From positions 83,020,001-83,084,000 of the forward strand of contig NC_045696.1 in NCBI RefSeq assembly GCF_009834535.1: DNA of 64,000 nucleotides, given 5' to 3'. The DNA is from Camelus ferus. Lineage: Eukaryota. Positions 12,828-26,170 of the stretch are shown piece after piece; position 1 is the first letter of the stretch; each line of letters begins with the position of its first letter. The translations under genes and the position numbers were made by a program. The notes below the pieces were generated by a model. It saw nothing but the letters and a program-made list of their open reading frames with translations, was not told the origin of the DNA and did not search any database.

Positions 12828-14517
12828 GAGAGAGACGGAGAAGATGGCGGAGTAGAAGGACACTCGCAGGTCACCCTCTCCCACAAATACACCAAGACCC
12901 ACATCTACAGACCCACTCAGCCAACCAGAGCACCTGCAGAACTCCGACAGAACATCGCCCTCTTCAAAAGATAAACACGCCAAAAATCTGGTAGGAGAAA
13001 AGGAAAAAAGAAAGAACAAAAGGCAAAGCAGCGCGGGACGGGTCCCGCGGGGAGGGAGCGGCAAAGGAGGACTGGCGCTTGCTCGCTGGGTCTCCCCTCT
13101 CCAACTGAGAGGCCAGCGGGACGGAGGGGGAGCCTCCGAGGCTCGGATCTGTACAGAGCAGCCCTTGACTAACAGAACTAAGTTAAACGGCACAGAGCGT
13201 TCCCCCGACACCCAGCCTGAGACGCGGGCCGGCAGCGACGGGCAGGGCCAGGCTGCACAAGCCGGGCGGAGGACGGGGGCGGCTGCACAGAGGCAGCTCC
13301 GGGGGAACGCAAGGGGCTGCACGCTGTGACTGTGGGTGCACAGGGCAGAACAACCTGGGCCCTCCAAAAAACAGCAAGGTTGATGTGCTCTCGGGGGGAA
13401 GGGTGCACACCCCCATCTCTGAAAACCCGCGGAAAGTTTTCGGGGGAAGAGAGGCGGGGCTCAGGCACAGCCGCCATATCCTCCGTGCTGAGCACCCAGG
13501 CGGGGGCGGGGTGGAAACCTGCATCCGCACGGAAGGGCTTAGCAGCCTCAAAGGCCAGACTGAGACTGGCCTGCAGCCCGGGGCAGATAGGATCCTTCCA
13601 TCCTGGTCCCTCAGAGAACTTGCTCCACAAAGACAAACAAGGAGCTGGGTTTTAGCTCGGAGCAGGGACAGGGCTGTCCCTCGGTCTTCCCCGAGCCCAC
13701 CCTTGGAGCGCCGACCAGAGTAGAGCGCCGACCAGGGCGGAGCGCGCAGCTGCATAAAGAGCGGAGCTACCGGCGGCGCAGGTGGAGGGAGAGAGGCCCC
13801 CCGCCTTTTGGGCAGGAACACAGCCCCTGACCGAGGTGCTGGGAGGGGGCACGACCCGCCTTCCTACCTGGCCAGTCTGCAACATCTGACTGCAGCATCC
13901 GGAGGGGCAGCGACCCGCCCGCCCACAGCAGAGAGCTGCACCTGACCCAGTGTTAGGAGGAGGCGCGATCTGCTTGCTGACAGGTGCTGGGAGCAGCACA
14001 GAAGAGGGCGCCAACGGAGGGCCTCTGAAAACAGCAAGCTGAGCTTCCAAAACAGGACGAAGACAGAAAGACTTCACATTAAAAACACACAGACTCCAGG
14101 AGAACACTGACAAACCCCCCCCCCCTTTTTTTTAAATCTGTTTTTACCTGTTCTATTTTCTATTACTCTCTTAATTTTTACTTCTTAATTCATTTCTATT
14201 TCTCTGGGGTTTTGATGTCCTGCTATTGATTAGACACAGGTTTCAAATACATCTATTCACCCCCCCCCCCTTTTTTTGTAAAGGTTTTAAAAGGACGTCT
14301 CAACCCGATTAATACTCTGCTTCAACTCACTCTTCTATTATTCATTATACACTGTTTTCAAACCCTCTTTCTCCCTTCTTTTAAAATTCTTTCTCTCTCT
14401 CTCTAATTTTTTTTCTTTTTTTCTTAAGTTCTATTCCTAAATAGGCATCAGATAGATAAAATCTTTAAGGACCAAAATAAACAACTGATACTCCATAAAC
14501 CACAGTGCCAAAGAGGT
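12828..14517 (+). promoter_or_regulatory. L1 5'UTR / internal Pol II promoter, CpG-rich
   Basis: YY1-type AAGATGGCG at 12841-12849 near the 5' end. High GC and CpG at ~13020-14030, followed by an AT/pyrimidine-rich segment before ORF1. Confidence 0.85.
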
Positions 14518-15407
14518 ATGAGCAAGATGAAGAAGCAGAAAAACCTTTCCCAATTAAAAGAACAAGAGAAATCCCCTGAAAGAAAGATCAACGAAATAGA
14601 CATCGATAGCCTACTAGATCAAGATTTCAAAAAAGGAGTGATCGAATTGCTGAAGGAATTAAAAGAGATAGTGTTTAGAGATATAAAATATGTCAAAAAT
14701 GAAATTGAAGCTATAAAGAAGAGCCAGGTAGAATGGGTAAACTCACTGACAGAGATGAGGAATGATCTAATAGCTGTGCAAAGCCGACTAGATAATGCAG
14801 AGGAACGAATTAGTGATCTAGAAGACAGGGCAATAGAAAGCACCCATTCAGAAGAACTACAAGAGAAGCAAATAAAAAATAATGAAAATAGCATAAGGGA
14901 CCTATGGGATAATATAAAGCGTCCCAATCTTCGCATAATAGGGGTCCCAGAAGGAGAAGAAAGATCAAAGGGGATTGAAAAGGTTTTTGAAGAAATCATG
15001 ACTGAAAACTTCCCAAACTTAAAGAAGGAATCAGATATCCAAGTACAGGAAGCTCAGAGGGTCCCAAATAGACCCACACCAAGACATATCATAATCAAGA
15101 TGGCCAGAGTCAAGGATAAAGAAAGGATTCTAAAGGCAGCAAGAGAAAAGCAAAGAGTAAGTTACAAGGGAACCCCCATAAGGCTCTCAGCTGATTTCTC
15201 TACACAAACACTACAGGCCAGAAGGGAGTGGCAAGATATATTCAAAGCCCTGAATGAAAAAAAAGATGCAGCCTAGGATCCTTTATCCAGCAAGGCTATC
15301 CTTGAGGATAGAAGGAGAAATAAAGAGTTTCACAGACAAAAAAAAAGCTGCAGGAGTTTAGCAACACTAAACCCATGCTAAAAGAAATATTGAAAGGGCT
15401 ATTCTAA
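14518..15407 (+). pseudogene. L1 ORF1p (coiled-coil/RRM/CTD RNA-binding protein), frameshifted in A-tracts
   Basis: Motifs LWDNIKRPNLRIIGVPE and YKGTPIRLSADFS...ARREW. The frame slips at A-runs ~15257-15264 and ~15338-15346. The C-terminus ...KEILKGLF ends at TAA 15405-15407. Confidence 0.9.
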
Positions 15408-15812
15408 ATAGAAAAGCAGCAGGATGCTACAGAAATGAGAAACACACAACTGGAAAGGTGATAACTCATGAATTACAAATAAAGTAAACATGAAATTATA
15501 AAAGAAGACATACAAATTACTGAGAGTGGGAGAGGGAGGCAGGGAAATATAGAATATTTTTTTCTTTCTTTTTTAAATTTTTTTTAACAGTAGGATGGGT
15601 TTGAGATTATGTTACTATCAGTTTAATAAAAACAGTTATAGTAATGGGTTGATAGATTTACAAAAAAGGGTAATCACAAGCCAAAAATTTACAAAGGAGT
15701 CACAAAAATTAAATAAAATCCATGATAATACAAAGGAAAATTACCAAACCACAAAAGGAAGAAGAAAGGAACAAAGAGGATATACCAATTCAACTGCAAA
15801 GATAAGTTCAAA

Positions 15813-18800
15813 ATGGCAATAAACACACATCTATCATTAATTACTGTAAATGTTAATGGACTAAATGCTCCAGTCAAAAGACACAGAGTGGCAGACTGGA
15901 TAATAAAGCAAGAACCTTCAATATGCTGCATACAAGAGACCCACTTTAGGGAGAAGGACACATATAGATTGAGAGTGAAAGGATGGAAAAGGATATTCCA
16001 TGCAAATGGAAAAGCCAAAAAAGCAGGTGTTGCAGTACTGATTTCAGACAAAATAGACTTTAAAACAAAGGCCATAAAGAAAGATAAAGAAGGACATTTT
16101 ATAATGATTAAAGGAGTGATACAAGATGAGGATATTACACTCGTTAATATATATGCACCCAATATAGGAGCACCTAAGTACATACAAGAATTACTAACAG
16201 AGATAAAGGGGGATATTGATGGGAATACAATCATAGTTGGAGATTTTAACACTGCATTAACATCACTAGACAGATCTTCCAGACAGAAAATAAACAAGGC
16301 AACAGAGAAATTAAATACTACAATAGAAAAACTAGATTTGGTGGATATTTTCAGAGCATTACACCCCCCCAAAAATAGGATATACATTCTTTTCAAGTGC
16401 ACATGGAACATTTTCCAGGATCGATCATGTACTTGGGCACAAAAGAAACCTCAACAATTTTAAGAAGATACAAATTATCTCAAGCATCTTTACTGACCAC
16501 AATGCCATGAAACTGGAAATCAACAACAGAGAAGCAAAGGAGAAAAAAAGGAAAGCATGGAGATTAAACAATATGTTATTGAAAAAACAATGGATCAATG
16601 AGGAAATCAAAGCTGAAATTAAAAAATACCTTGAGACAAATGATAATGAAAGCACAACCACTCAAAACCTATGGGACACAGCAAAGGCAGTGCTAAGAGG
16701 GAAGTTTATAGCGATACAGGCCTTCCTCAAAAAAGAAGAACAATCTCAAATAGACAATTTAACCCACCACCTGAATGAATTAGAAAAAGAAGAACAAAAA
16801 GCCCCAAAAAGCAGCAGAAGGAAGGAAATAATAAAGATCAGAGAGGAATTAAATACAATAGAGATTAACAAGACCATAGAAAAAATCAACCAAACCAAAA
16901 GCTGGTTTTTTGAAAAAGTAAATAAAATCGACAGACCTCTGGCCAAACTCACAAAGAAGAAAAAAGAGAGAGCACAAATTAGCAAAATAAGAAAGGAAAA
17001 TGGAGAAATTACAACAAACAAAATAGAAATACAGAATATCATATGAGAATATTATGAAAAACTATATGGAACCAAACTGGATAATCTAGAGGAGATGGAC
17101 AAGTTTCTGGAAACATACTGTCCACCAAAACTGAATCAAGAAGAATCTGAACACTTGAACAATCCGATCACTAGAAAGGAAATAGAAATAGCAATTAAAA
17201 ACCTCCCTACAAATAAAAGTCCAGGACCAGATGGCTTCACCGGGGAATTCTACCAAACATACAAAGAAGAACTCATACTAGTCCTTCTCAAACTCTTCCA
17301 GACGATTGAAAAGGAGGGAATACTCCCAAACTCATTCTATGAAGCCACCATCACCCTGATACCAAAACCAGGCAAAGACACAACAAAAAAAGAGAATTAT
17401 AGGCCAATATCACTGATGAACATAGACGCCAAAATCCTCACCAAAATTTTAGCAAATAGAATCCAACAACACATAAAAAAGATTATACATCATGACCAAG
17501 TGGGGTTCATCCCAGGGACACAAGGCTGGTTCAACATACGCAAATCAATCAGTGTAATACATCACATCAACAAGAGAAAGGACAAAAACCACATGATCAT
17601 CTCAATCGATGCAGAAAAAGCATTTGATAAAATTCAACACCCATTTATGATAAAAACTCTCGCCAAAGTGGGTATAGAGGGAACATATCTCAACATAATA
17701 AAAGCTATATATGACAAACCTACAGCCAGCATAGTACTCAACGGTGAAAAACTCAAAAGCTTCCCACTAAAATCTGGGACAAGACAAGGATGCCCACTAT
17801 CACCACTCCTATTCAACATAGTCCTGGAAGTCCTAGCCACAGCAGTCAGGCAAGAGAAAGAAATAAAAGGGATCCAAATTGGAAAAGAAGAGGTAAAAGT
17901 GTCATTATATGCTGATGACATGTTACTATATATAGAAAACCCTAAAAGGTCCACACAAAAGCTACTAGAGCTGATTGAAGAATTCAGCAAGGTAGCAGGT
18001 TACAAAATTAACGTTCAAAAATCAGTTGCATTTCTTTACACTAACGATAAATCAACAGAAGAAGAAAGTAAAGAAACAATCCCCTTTAAAATAGCACCCA
18101 AAGTAATAAAATATCTGGGAATAAATCTAACCAAGGAGGTGAAAGAATTATACACAGAAAACTATAAACCATTGATGAAGGAAATTAAAGAAGACTTTAA
18201 AAAATGGAAAGATATTCCATGCTCTTGGATTGGAAGAATCAATATTGTTAAAATGGTCACACTGCCCAAGGCAATCTACAGATTTAATGCAATCCCTATC
18301 CAATTACCCAGGACATATTTCATAGAACTAGAAAAAATCATAATAAAATTCATATGGAACCATCAAAGACCTAGAATTGCCAAAGCATTACTGAAGAGAA
18401 AGAAAGAGGCTGGAGGAATAACTCTCCAGACTTCAGACAATACTATAGAGCTACAGTCATCAAGACAGCATGGTATTGGTACCAAAACAGACATATAGAC
18501 CAATGGAACAGAATAGAGAGCCCAGAAATGAACCCACAAACTTTTGGTCAACTCATCTTTGACAAAGGAGGCAAGAATATACATTGGAATAAAGACAGTC
18601 TCTTCAGCCAATGGTGTTGGGAAAACTGGACAGCAGCATGTAAAACAATGAAGCTAGAACACTCCCTTACACCATATACAAAAATCAACTCAAAATGGAT
18701 TAAAGACTTAAACATAAGACAAGATACAATAAACCTCCTAGAGGAAAACATAGGCAAAACATTATCTGACATACATTTCAAAAATTTTCTCCTAGAAGAA

Positions 18801-19610
18801 ACAAAAGCAAGAATAAACAAATGGGACCTAATGAAACTTACAAGCTTCTGCACAGCAAAGGAAACCAGAAATAAAACAAGAAGAAAACCTACGGAATGGG
18901 AGAAAATTTTTGCAAGTGAAACCGACAAAGGCTTGATCTCCAGAATATATAAGCAGCTCATACGACTCAATAAGAAAAAAATAAACAACCCAATCCAAAA
19001 ATGGGCAGAAGACCTAAACAAGCAATTCTCCAAGGAAGACATACAAATGATCAAAAAGCACATGAAAAAATGCTCAATATCACTAATTATCAGAGAAATG
19101 CAAATCAAAACTACAATGAGGTATCACCTCACACCAGTCAGAATGGCCGTCACTCAAAAATCTACAAATGACAAATGCTGGAGAGGCTGTGGAGAAAGGG
19201 GAACCCTCCTACACTGCTGGTGGGAATGCAGTTTGGTGCAGCCACTATGGAAAACAGTGTGGAGATTCCTCAAAAGACTAGGAATAGACTTACCATATGA
19301 CCCAGGAATCCCACTCCTGGGCTTGTATCCAGAAGGAAATCTACTTCAGGATGACACCTGCACCCCAATGTTCATAGCAGCACTATTTACAATAGCCAAA
19401 ACATGGAAACAGCCTAAATGTCCATCAACAGGTGACTGGATAAAGAAGATGTGGTATATTTATACAATGGAATACTACTCAGCCATAAAAACCGACAACA
19501 TAATGCCATTTGCAGCAACATGGATGCTCCTGGAGAATGTCATTCTAAGTGAAGTAAGCCAGAAAGAGAAAGAAAAATACTATATTAGATCACTCATATG
19601 TGGAATCTAA
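15813..19610 (+). pseudogene. L1 ORF2p (APE endonuclease, reverse transcriptase, CCHC domain), disrupted
   Basis: NVNGLN, QETH and GDFN endonuclease motifs; QGCPLSP and YADD (17908-17919); [18 protein letters not shown]. Lesions: frameshift in a C/A run at ~16364-16376, TGA at 17044-17046, 1-nt frameshift at ~18425. Confidence 0.95.
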
Positions 19611-22411
19611 AAAACAAAAACAAAAACAAACAAACAAAAACAAAGCGTAAATAAAGGACAGAAATAGACTCACAGACAGAGAATACAGGCTTGTGGTTAC
19701 CAGGGGGGTGGAGGGTGGGAAGGGATAGACTGGGATTTCAAAATTGTAGAATAGACTACACTGTATAGCACAGGGAAATATACACAAAATGTTACGATAA
19801 CTCACAGAGGAAAAAATGTGACAATGAGTGTGTATATGTCCATGAATAACTGAAAAATTGTGCTGAACACTGGAATTTGACACAATATTGTAAAATGATT
19901 ATAAATCAATAAAAAATGTTAAAAAAAAATTTCCACTTACCCAGAAATCATTTAGCAATTGACTCATCCTTCAAACTGGTTCCTGTGGCCTTGTTTTTCT
20001 CCTCCTAATATGTGGATGATGTCGCCAGACTCTTGTCTTGGTTAGTAATACGCACTATCAGCTCTTATTTCTCCAGTAGTCTTATTTATAAGAATCCAGG
20101 GAAATACAAAAATAAATATTCATCAAGAGAAAGTCAGTAATGTTACTGATGACAAGTACAGTCCATGCACTGGTCTGGGGGAGTCCAGAGCACGGTGACT
20201 ACACCAGCAGTTTGTGAATGAGGCAGACTTGGGTTTGCACTCTGATTTTCTGAAGCCTGCGCCTTCATATTTCGAACCAGGTTCTAATATATTCCTTCTA
20301 GTGTCTTGTGAGGATTCACCCGAGAGAGAAAGAATGTAAAGCACTGACCGTGGTTCCTGGTACACTGTTCCATATACAGTAGCTTTGATTATCATTATGG
20401 GCATATTAGGAATAAGGACTCCTGCCCTTGAATGCCCATGGACAACTCCAGAAATGGACAATTCTTAACCTTTGCACCTGTTTTCTTCTCTCTAAATTGG
20501 GGAAGAATACCTTTCTTATCTATCTGATGAGCTCATCTAAAGGATTAAAGGTGAAGGAATTCTGACAATTGCAATGGGCTGAGCAAACATGTGCCCCCTT
20601 ACTGTGTTTGTGGTAGGACCAAGGGTGAGAGCAAGGAAAAAGTAAAATTTTAAAATACCTTTGTCTTTTAATTGGGTGAGAGAACATTTTGGAGAAGAGA
20701 AATTTATAATTATGTAATTGATTGAAAAGTTGAGTGGGATAAAGAAGGTGAAAAACATGATCCTAATAAAATCAGAATTGAAAATCATGGATTATCATGA
20801 AAGTGTAAACAAACTAGGAGAAAATTGGACTCCAGGAAATCATTGCTTAAGACTGCTAGGAAGTGGTTCTTTATTTAGCCTACTCGAGCACACACGCACA
20901 CACACACACACACACACTCGATTCCACGTGATTAAGCAGCTTTGCTCTTGTCATTTTCAACATGCCACTGCTTCCCAGAACTTGGGGAGGTTTTACGGGA
21001 TAAGGCTCCCTGGCTCTCAAGTGTCCCTCCTTGCATAACTCTGGTTTTTGAAGAGGTGCACCAGAGGCAAAGTGCACACTGTGTCATTTCCAGGATTTAT
21101 GGGGAACCAAATACTTGAGTCAGAAGTTGCCAAGTACACATTTCATTTTGATTTAAAAGACAGTTAATGTCTCAAATTGAAAAGAACACAAGTGATTATT
21201 AATAAAATAGGTAACAGGAACTAACAACCGAAAAGCCGAGCTCTTTCATATGCAGCAGATGACGCTGATTCGCCGTGAGGTGGCTAAAGCAGGCTCCTAA
21301 TAAACTGAGAATCAGGTTTCTGAATGGTGGTATTCTGTGACTGAGCTTTGGATCTTCTCTGATGATGAAGAGGCAAATGGGGCATTTTGATATGTTGCTG
21401 GAAAGATCATTTTCCCTAGCTGTTCTGTAAAGCTCTGTTCATTCCCCTGACTTCACTGCCACAATCACTTGGCAAGAAGCTACACTGGCTCACAAATGGA
21501 TGCTTAGAGAGGCATTTAAATTGTCCAGACTTAGTTGCAGCGTGGAGAAAATGAAGGGGCGCATGGTTACTGTAAATGTGGACCTTTCCATTGAATGGTG
21601 ATATATAAGACTGATGACTAATAAACACACCCTACACGGGAAACATTTGAGTGATGACATCTTTTTTCTTTCACTCTTTTAACCAGCCACGATGGCTGGG
21701 ATTTTACTTAAGGAATATATGGGAAACAGACTAAGCCCCAAGGCAGATCACCCTGGCAGCTGTAGAAAGAGAAGGGTGTACTTTCCCATGTATGTTATCT
21801 GCATTTTTCTATCATTTTAACATCTGCCAGTGAGATCAGAGTGATTCCCTGCATGCTGCTCATTGAATGCCCAAGTTTGGTAGACAACTGTGGCTTCCTG
21901 TCTTAAGAGAAAAAAAGAGACAGGCTACTAGTCTGTGCGGCCTTTGAGCACTACCGCGAGCCCTAGCCACACTGCTTAGCTTTTTGGACAAATGTCCTCA
22001 CAAAGGTTCCAAGTAATCTTGGGCACAATTCATTGTTCAGCCATCTTTTCCCCCATGTCCCCAATAAGGAAGATACTTGTACTTCCTTGATCCTCAGGAG
22101 ATTCATCACGATCAAGTGACAGGATGATTGTAATTTTGCAAAACAAAGCAAAATGTAAAATGTCCTATTATTGGCTAATGCTACTTTGAAACAAAGTAAG
22201 GAGTTTATTATACCTTCTCCATGTGATTTATTATGTCCAGTTACCTAATTTTTGCCTGCAGAGATGCCTTTCTGGCTGCAAAATTAGCCTGGTTTGTCAT
22301 TAGACCCTGTCATGTCACTGAGCATGTTCCTAGTCTCTTATATGCTCTGTTTTCTCCATGTTGCTGAGATTTTCCATGATTTTCTATATTAGTACATGTA
22401 GACCTGCCTCA

Positions 22412-24470
22412 TTCTTTTTTTTTTTTCAGTGCGATAATTGACATATAATGCTGTATTAGTTTTAGGTATACAGTATCATGATTTGATATTTGTATATATT
22501 GTGAAATGATTACCTTAATGTCTAGTTGACATCCATCATCTCACACAGAATTTATTTTTTCTTGTGATGAGAACTTTTAAGATCTACTGTCTTAGTGATT
22601 TTCAAATATACAATATAGTATTGTTAACTATAGTCATGCTTTACACTATATCCTTAGGACTTACTAATCTTATAGCCAGAAATTTGTACCTTTTGACCAC
22701 CTGCATCCATTTCTCCATGTGCTGCCCCCTACCTCTGGCAACCACCAGTCTGTCCTCTACTTCTGTGAGTTTGGTTTTTATTTACGATTGCATATGTAAA
22801 TGAGATCATACAGTATTTGTCTCTCTCTCTCTGTGTGTCTCTCTGTCTGATTTATTTCATTTAGCATAATGCCCTCAAGATTCATCCATGTTGTTGAAAA
22901 TGGCAGGATTTCCATTTTTATGGCTGAATAATATTCCATTGTGTGTTTGCATTTTTTTTTTTTTTTTTACTTTTTTATCCATTTATCCACCAGTGAACAC
23001 TTAGGTTGTTTCCATGTCTTGGCTATTATAAATAATGCTGCAATAAACATGAGGGTTCACATCTCTTTCAAGATAGTGATTTTGTTTCCCTCAGATATAT
23101 TCACAAGTTAGAATAGCTGAATCATATGGTAGTGCTATTTAATTTTTTGAGGAAACTTCATACTATTTTCTATAGTGGCTGCACCAATTTATATTCCTAC
23201 CAACGGTGCACAAGCGTTCTTCCCTTTTCTCCACATCCTTTTTGACATTTGTTATCATTTGTCTTTTTGATAAAAGTCATTCCAGTAAGTGTGAGGTGAT
23301 ATCTCATTATGGTTTTGATTTGCATTTGCCTGATGATTAGTGATGCTGAACAAGTTTTAAGTATCTGTTGGCCATTTGTATGTCTTCTTTGGGAAAACAT
23401 CTATTCAATTCCTCTGTCCATTTTGTAATTTAACTGTTTTTTGTGTTTTTTTTTCTTTTGCTACAGAGTTGTATAAGTTCCTTATATATTTTGGATATTA
23501 ACCCCTTATCAGATAAATGATTTTCAAGTATTTTCTTCTATTCACAGGTTCCCTCTTCTATTTGTTAATGGTTTCTTTTGCTGTGCTAAAGGTTTTTAAT
23601 TTGATGTAGTCCAATGTCTTTATTTTTGCTTTTGTTGCCTTTGCTTTTGTGTCAAATACAAAAAAAATTTTTTTCTTCCAGAAATTTTATGGTTTCAGGT
23701 CTTTCATTCAAGTATTTAATCCACTTTGAGTTGATGTTGGTTTATGGGGTAGGATAGGGGTCCGGTTTCATTCTTTTGCATGTGGCTATCCAGTTTTCCC
23801 AACACCATTTATTGAAGAGACTGCTCTTTCCTTATTGTATATTCTATTTTATTGTGTATTCTCGTTTGTCATAAATTCATTGACCATAAATACTCAGGCT
23901 TGTTTCTAGGCTCTCTAGTCTGTTCTATTGATCTGTGTGTTTTTATGCTAATACCATAGTGTTTGATTACTATACCTTTGTAATATGTTTGAAATCAGTA
24001 AGTGTGGTTCCTTCAGTTTTGTTTTCCTTTCTCAAGATTGCTTTGGTAATTCAAGATCTGTGGTTCCATACATATTTTAGAATTGTTTGCCCTATTTCTG
24101 TGAAAAATGCCATTGGAATTTTAATAGGGATTGGATTGAATTGTGGATTATTTTGGGTAGTATGGATATTTTAATCATATTAATTCTTTCAATCTATGAG
24201 TACAGAATATATATCCATTTACGTGTGTCTTCTTCAATTTGTTTTATCAATGTCTTATAGTTTTCAGTGTGCATATCTTTTTTTACTTTCTTAGTTAAAT
24301 TTATTCCTAGATATTTTATTATCTTTGATATAATTATAAATGGATTGGTTTCTTAATTTCTGTTTCTGATGGCTTATTGTTAAGGTATAGAATCACAACT
24401 TGTTTTGTATATATTGACTTTGTATCTTGCAACATTACTGAATTCATTTATTAGCTCCAACAGATTTTGG
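22412..24470 (-). mobile_element. L1MA9-like LINE-1, 3' ~2 kb
   Basis: Poly-T start; 3'UTR motif gtgatgagaacttttaagatctact; ORF2 C-terminal remnant in minus ORF 23197-23400 ([17 protein letters not shown]). Confidence 0.85.
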
Positions 24471-25305
24471 TGGCCATTTTTCTATTAAAAAATAACTCAC
24501 TTAATCTTATTTCTTTCTATTCCTGAACCTAAATTAGATTAATTTTTAGCACACAGACAAGTTAATGTAGTTTTCTAGATTCTCTCCACATCTTGTTTCT
24601 TTGCTGCTAGAATTAGTTTCTTTAGAATAAAGAAGAGCATATGCCTGCATCAGGATCTGGTCCTTCTAGGACCACATTAGTTTTAGGGGAGGGAAGGGGA
24701 ATATGTCCTTGTATAGATATACAGTCCTGTTATATCAACATGAATATGCTTAGATGTCTAGAGCATCTCAACCTCTATGAGCCTTCTTATTTTACTTTGT
24801 ATTATATGCCACTCAAAGCAGTTTACAGGGTCCAGCCTCCTAAGAATTGAATAGAAGATGTTGAGGCCAGCATGCCTTATAATTAGTAGGTTAACGGTGA
24901 CCATTTTCAGGACTAAGTGCTAATCTTGTGGTCAGCTCAAAGAATAAAGCTGTCCCCTCAGTCCTTCCTTTTATCACATTTGTTGCTAAGACAAATGTGC
25001 ATTTAGAATCAAGATTGCATGCCTAAGGTGATGCGGAAAAAGAAATTGTAAAGTTATAAAGTTAAAAGCTCTTGCTCCCTACTCTCCACTCTCCACCCCC
25101 ATCCTACCCAACTACATAAACATTAAAAGACTATCTAGACATACTTCATTGTGAGCCTTGGGAAGGTATGTTTCTATTGGCAACCAAGCTCCCAAACATC
25201 ACTGCACACAGACTAGGAAAGAATCAGGACTGATGAAAACACAAAGGTAAGATTTGTTCAAGATGATTTATTCTTCTGTAATTTCTTACAACCCGCCACC
25301 CCCCC

Positions 25306-25307
<2 letters not shown>

Positions 25308-25352
<45 letters not shown>

Positions 25353-25358
25353 ACACAC
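25308..25358. repeat. (CA)n microsatellite
   Basis: About 25 CA units with one interruption. Confidence 0.95.
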
Positions 25359-26019
25359 CCCTTTTTCTCTTAAATAAATAATAAGCTTTAGAAGTCTTTT
25401 AACCTTTTTTTCTTATAGACATCCTTCTCAAGGAAAATAGAAACCCGTGTATTTTGTAAGTTTATATAAATTCCAAAAAAGGAGTCGCTCTGGTGCAGTT
25501 TCAACCCTCACTACAGCAGGTTTCTTTATGGTGAATATGACAAAGGGCAGGCTGTGTTGCAAAAATGCCAACCATCTCTGTGTTCGAAAACCTTCTATCA
25601 CTCTTCTTGATTTGACATGAAATATTAAACATCAGTTACCAGCAAAAAGTTATTGAACACAGATGTCCACTATCACTTTCAAATTGCTAAAGTCATTTTA
25701 GGTTTATATATTTTCTTTGCTTAAGCATTCGCATGCAACGCAAATGTTCTGTGACAGTAATGATTTCACAATATACCCTTTCAATTAGGAAAGCACATCG
25801 TATATGCATTTTCATTTTTAAAATGCCTGTGTTTTTATTCAAAAGTTCTGTGTCCCTCACTAAAAATGAGACCTGGGATTGAAAAATAAATGAAAAGAAA
25901 GAGCTCCACCTACTGATTCATTTAAAAAACTTTTTTTCTACTCTCCTTTTGAATTGAAAATGCTCTTTGGCACGACAGAGATCTGGTGTGAATGTAGCTC
26001 AAACTGTTTGATTTTTTTT

Positions 26020-26170
26020 TAAATCTTGTAATAACCTTTAATGAAAAAATATGAAAATGAACATATGCATATATATGCATGACTGGGACATTATGCTGTA
26101 CACCAGAAATTGACACATTGTAACTGACTATATTTCAATAAAAAATATATATATATATATATATATACAC
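26020..26170 (+). mobile_element. Heavily 5'-truncated lineage-specific L1 3' end with an (AT)n tail
   Basis: cttgtaataacctttaatg...atgctgtacaccagaaattgacacattgtaactgactatatttcaataaaaaa resembles the 3'UTR end of the full-length L1 at 19790-19920. Confidence 0.75.

Larger units (their letters stand above)
12828..19924 (+). mobile_element. Full-length young LINE-1 (5'UTR, ORF1, inter-ORF spacer, ORF2, 3'UTR, short A-tail)
   Basis: TSD AAAAATTTCCACTTA at 12813-12827 and 19925-19939. CpG-rich 5'UTR. ORF1p and ORF2p (endonuclease, RT, cysteine-rich domain) are recognisable. Confidence 0.97.

Noticed and set aside
12825..14113. Long antisense and overlapping ORFs (150-212 aa) in the L1 5'UTR, a possible ORF0-like product
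   Set aside because: GC-rich sequence is stop-poor, several starts are non-ATG, and no domain is recognisable.
14619..19108. Minus-strand ORFs of 78-240 aa inside the L1
   Set aside because: Well-known antisense shadows of L1 ORF1/ORF2.
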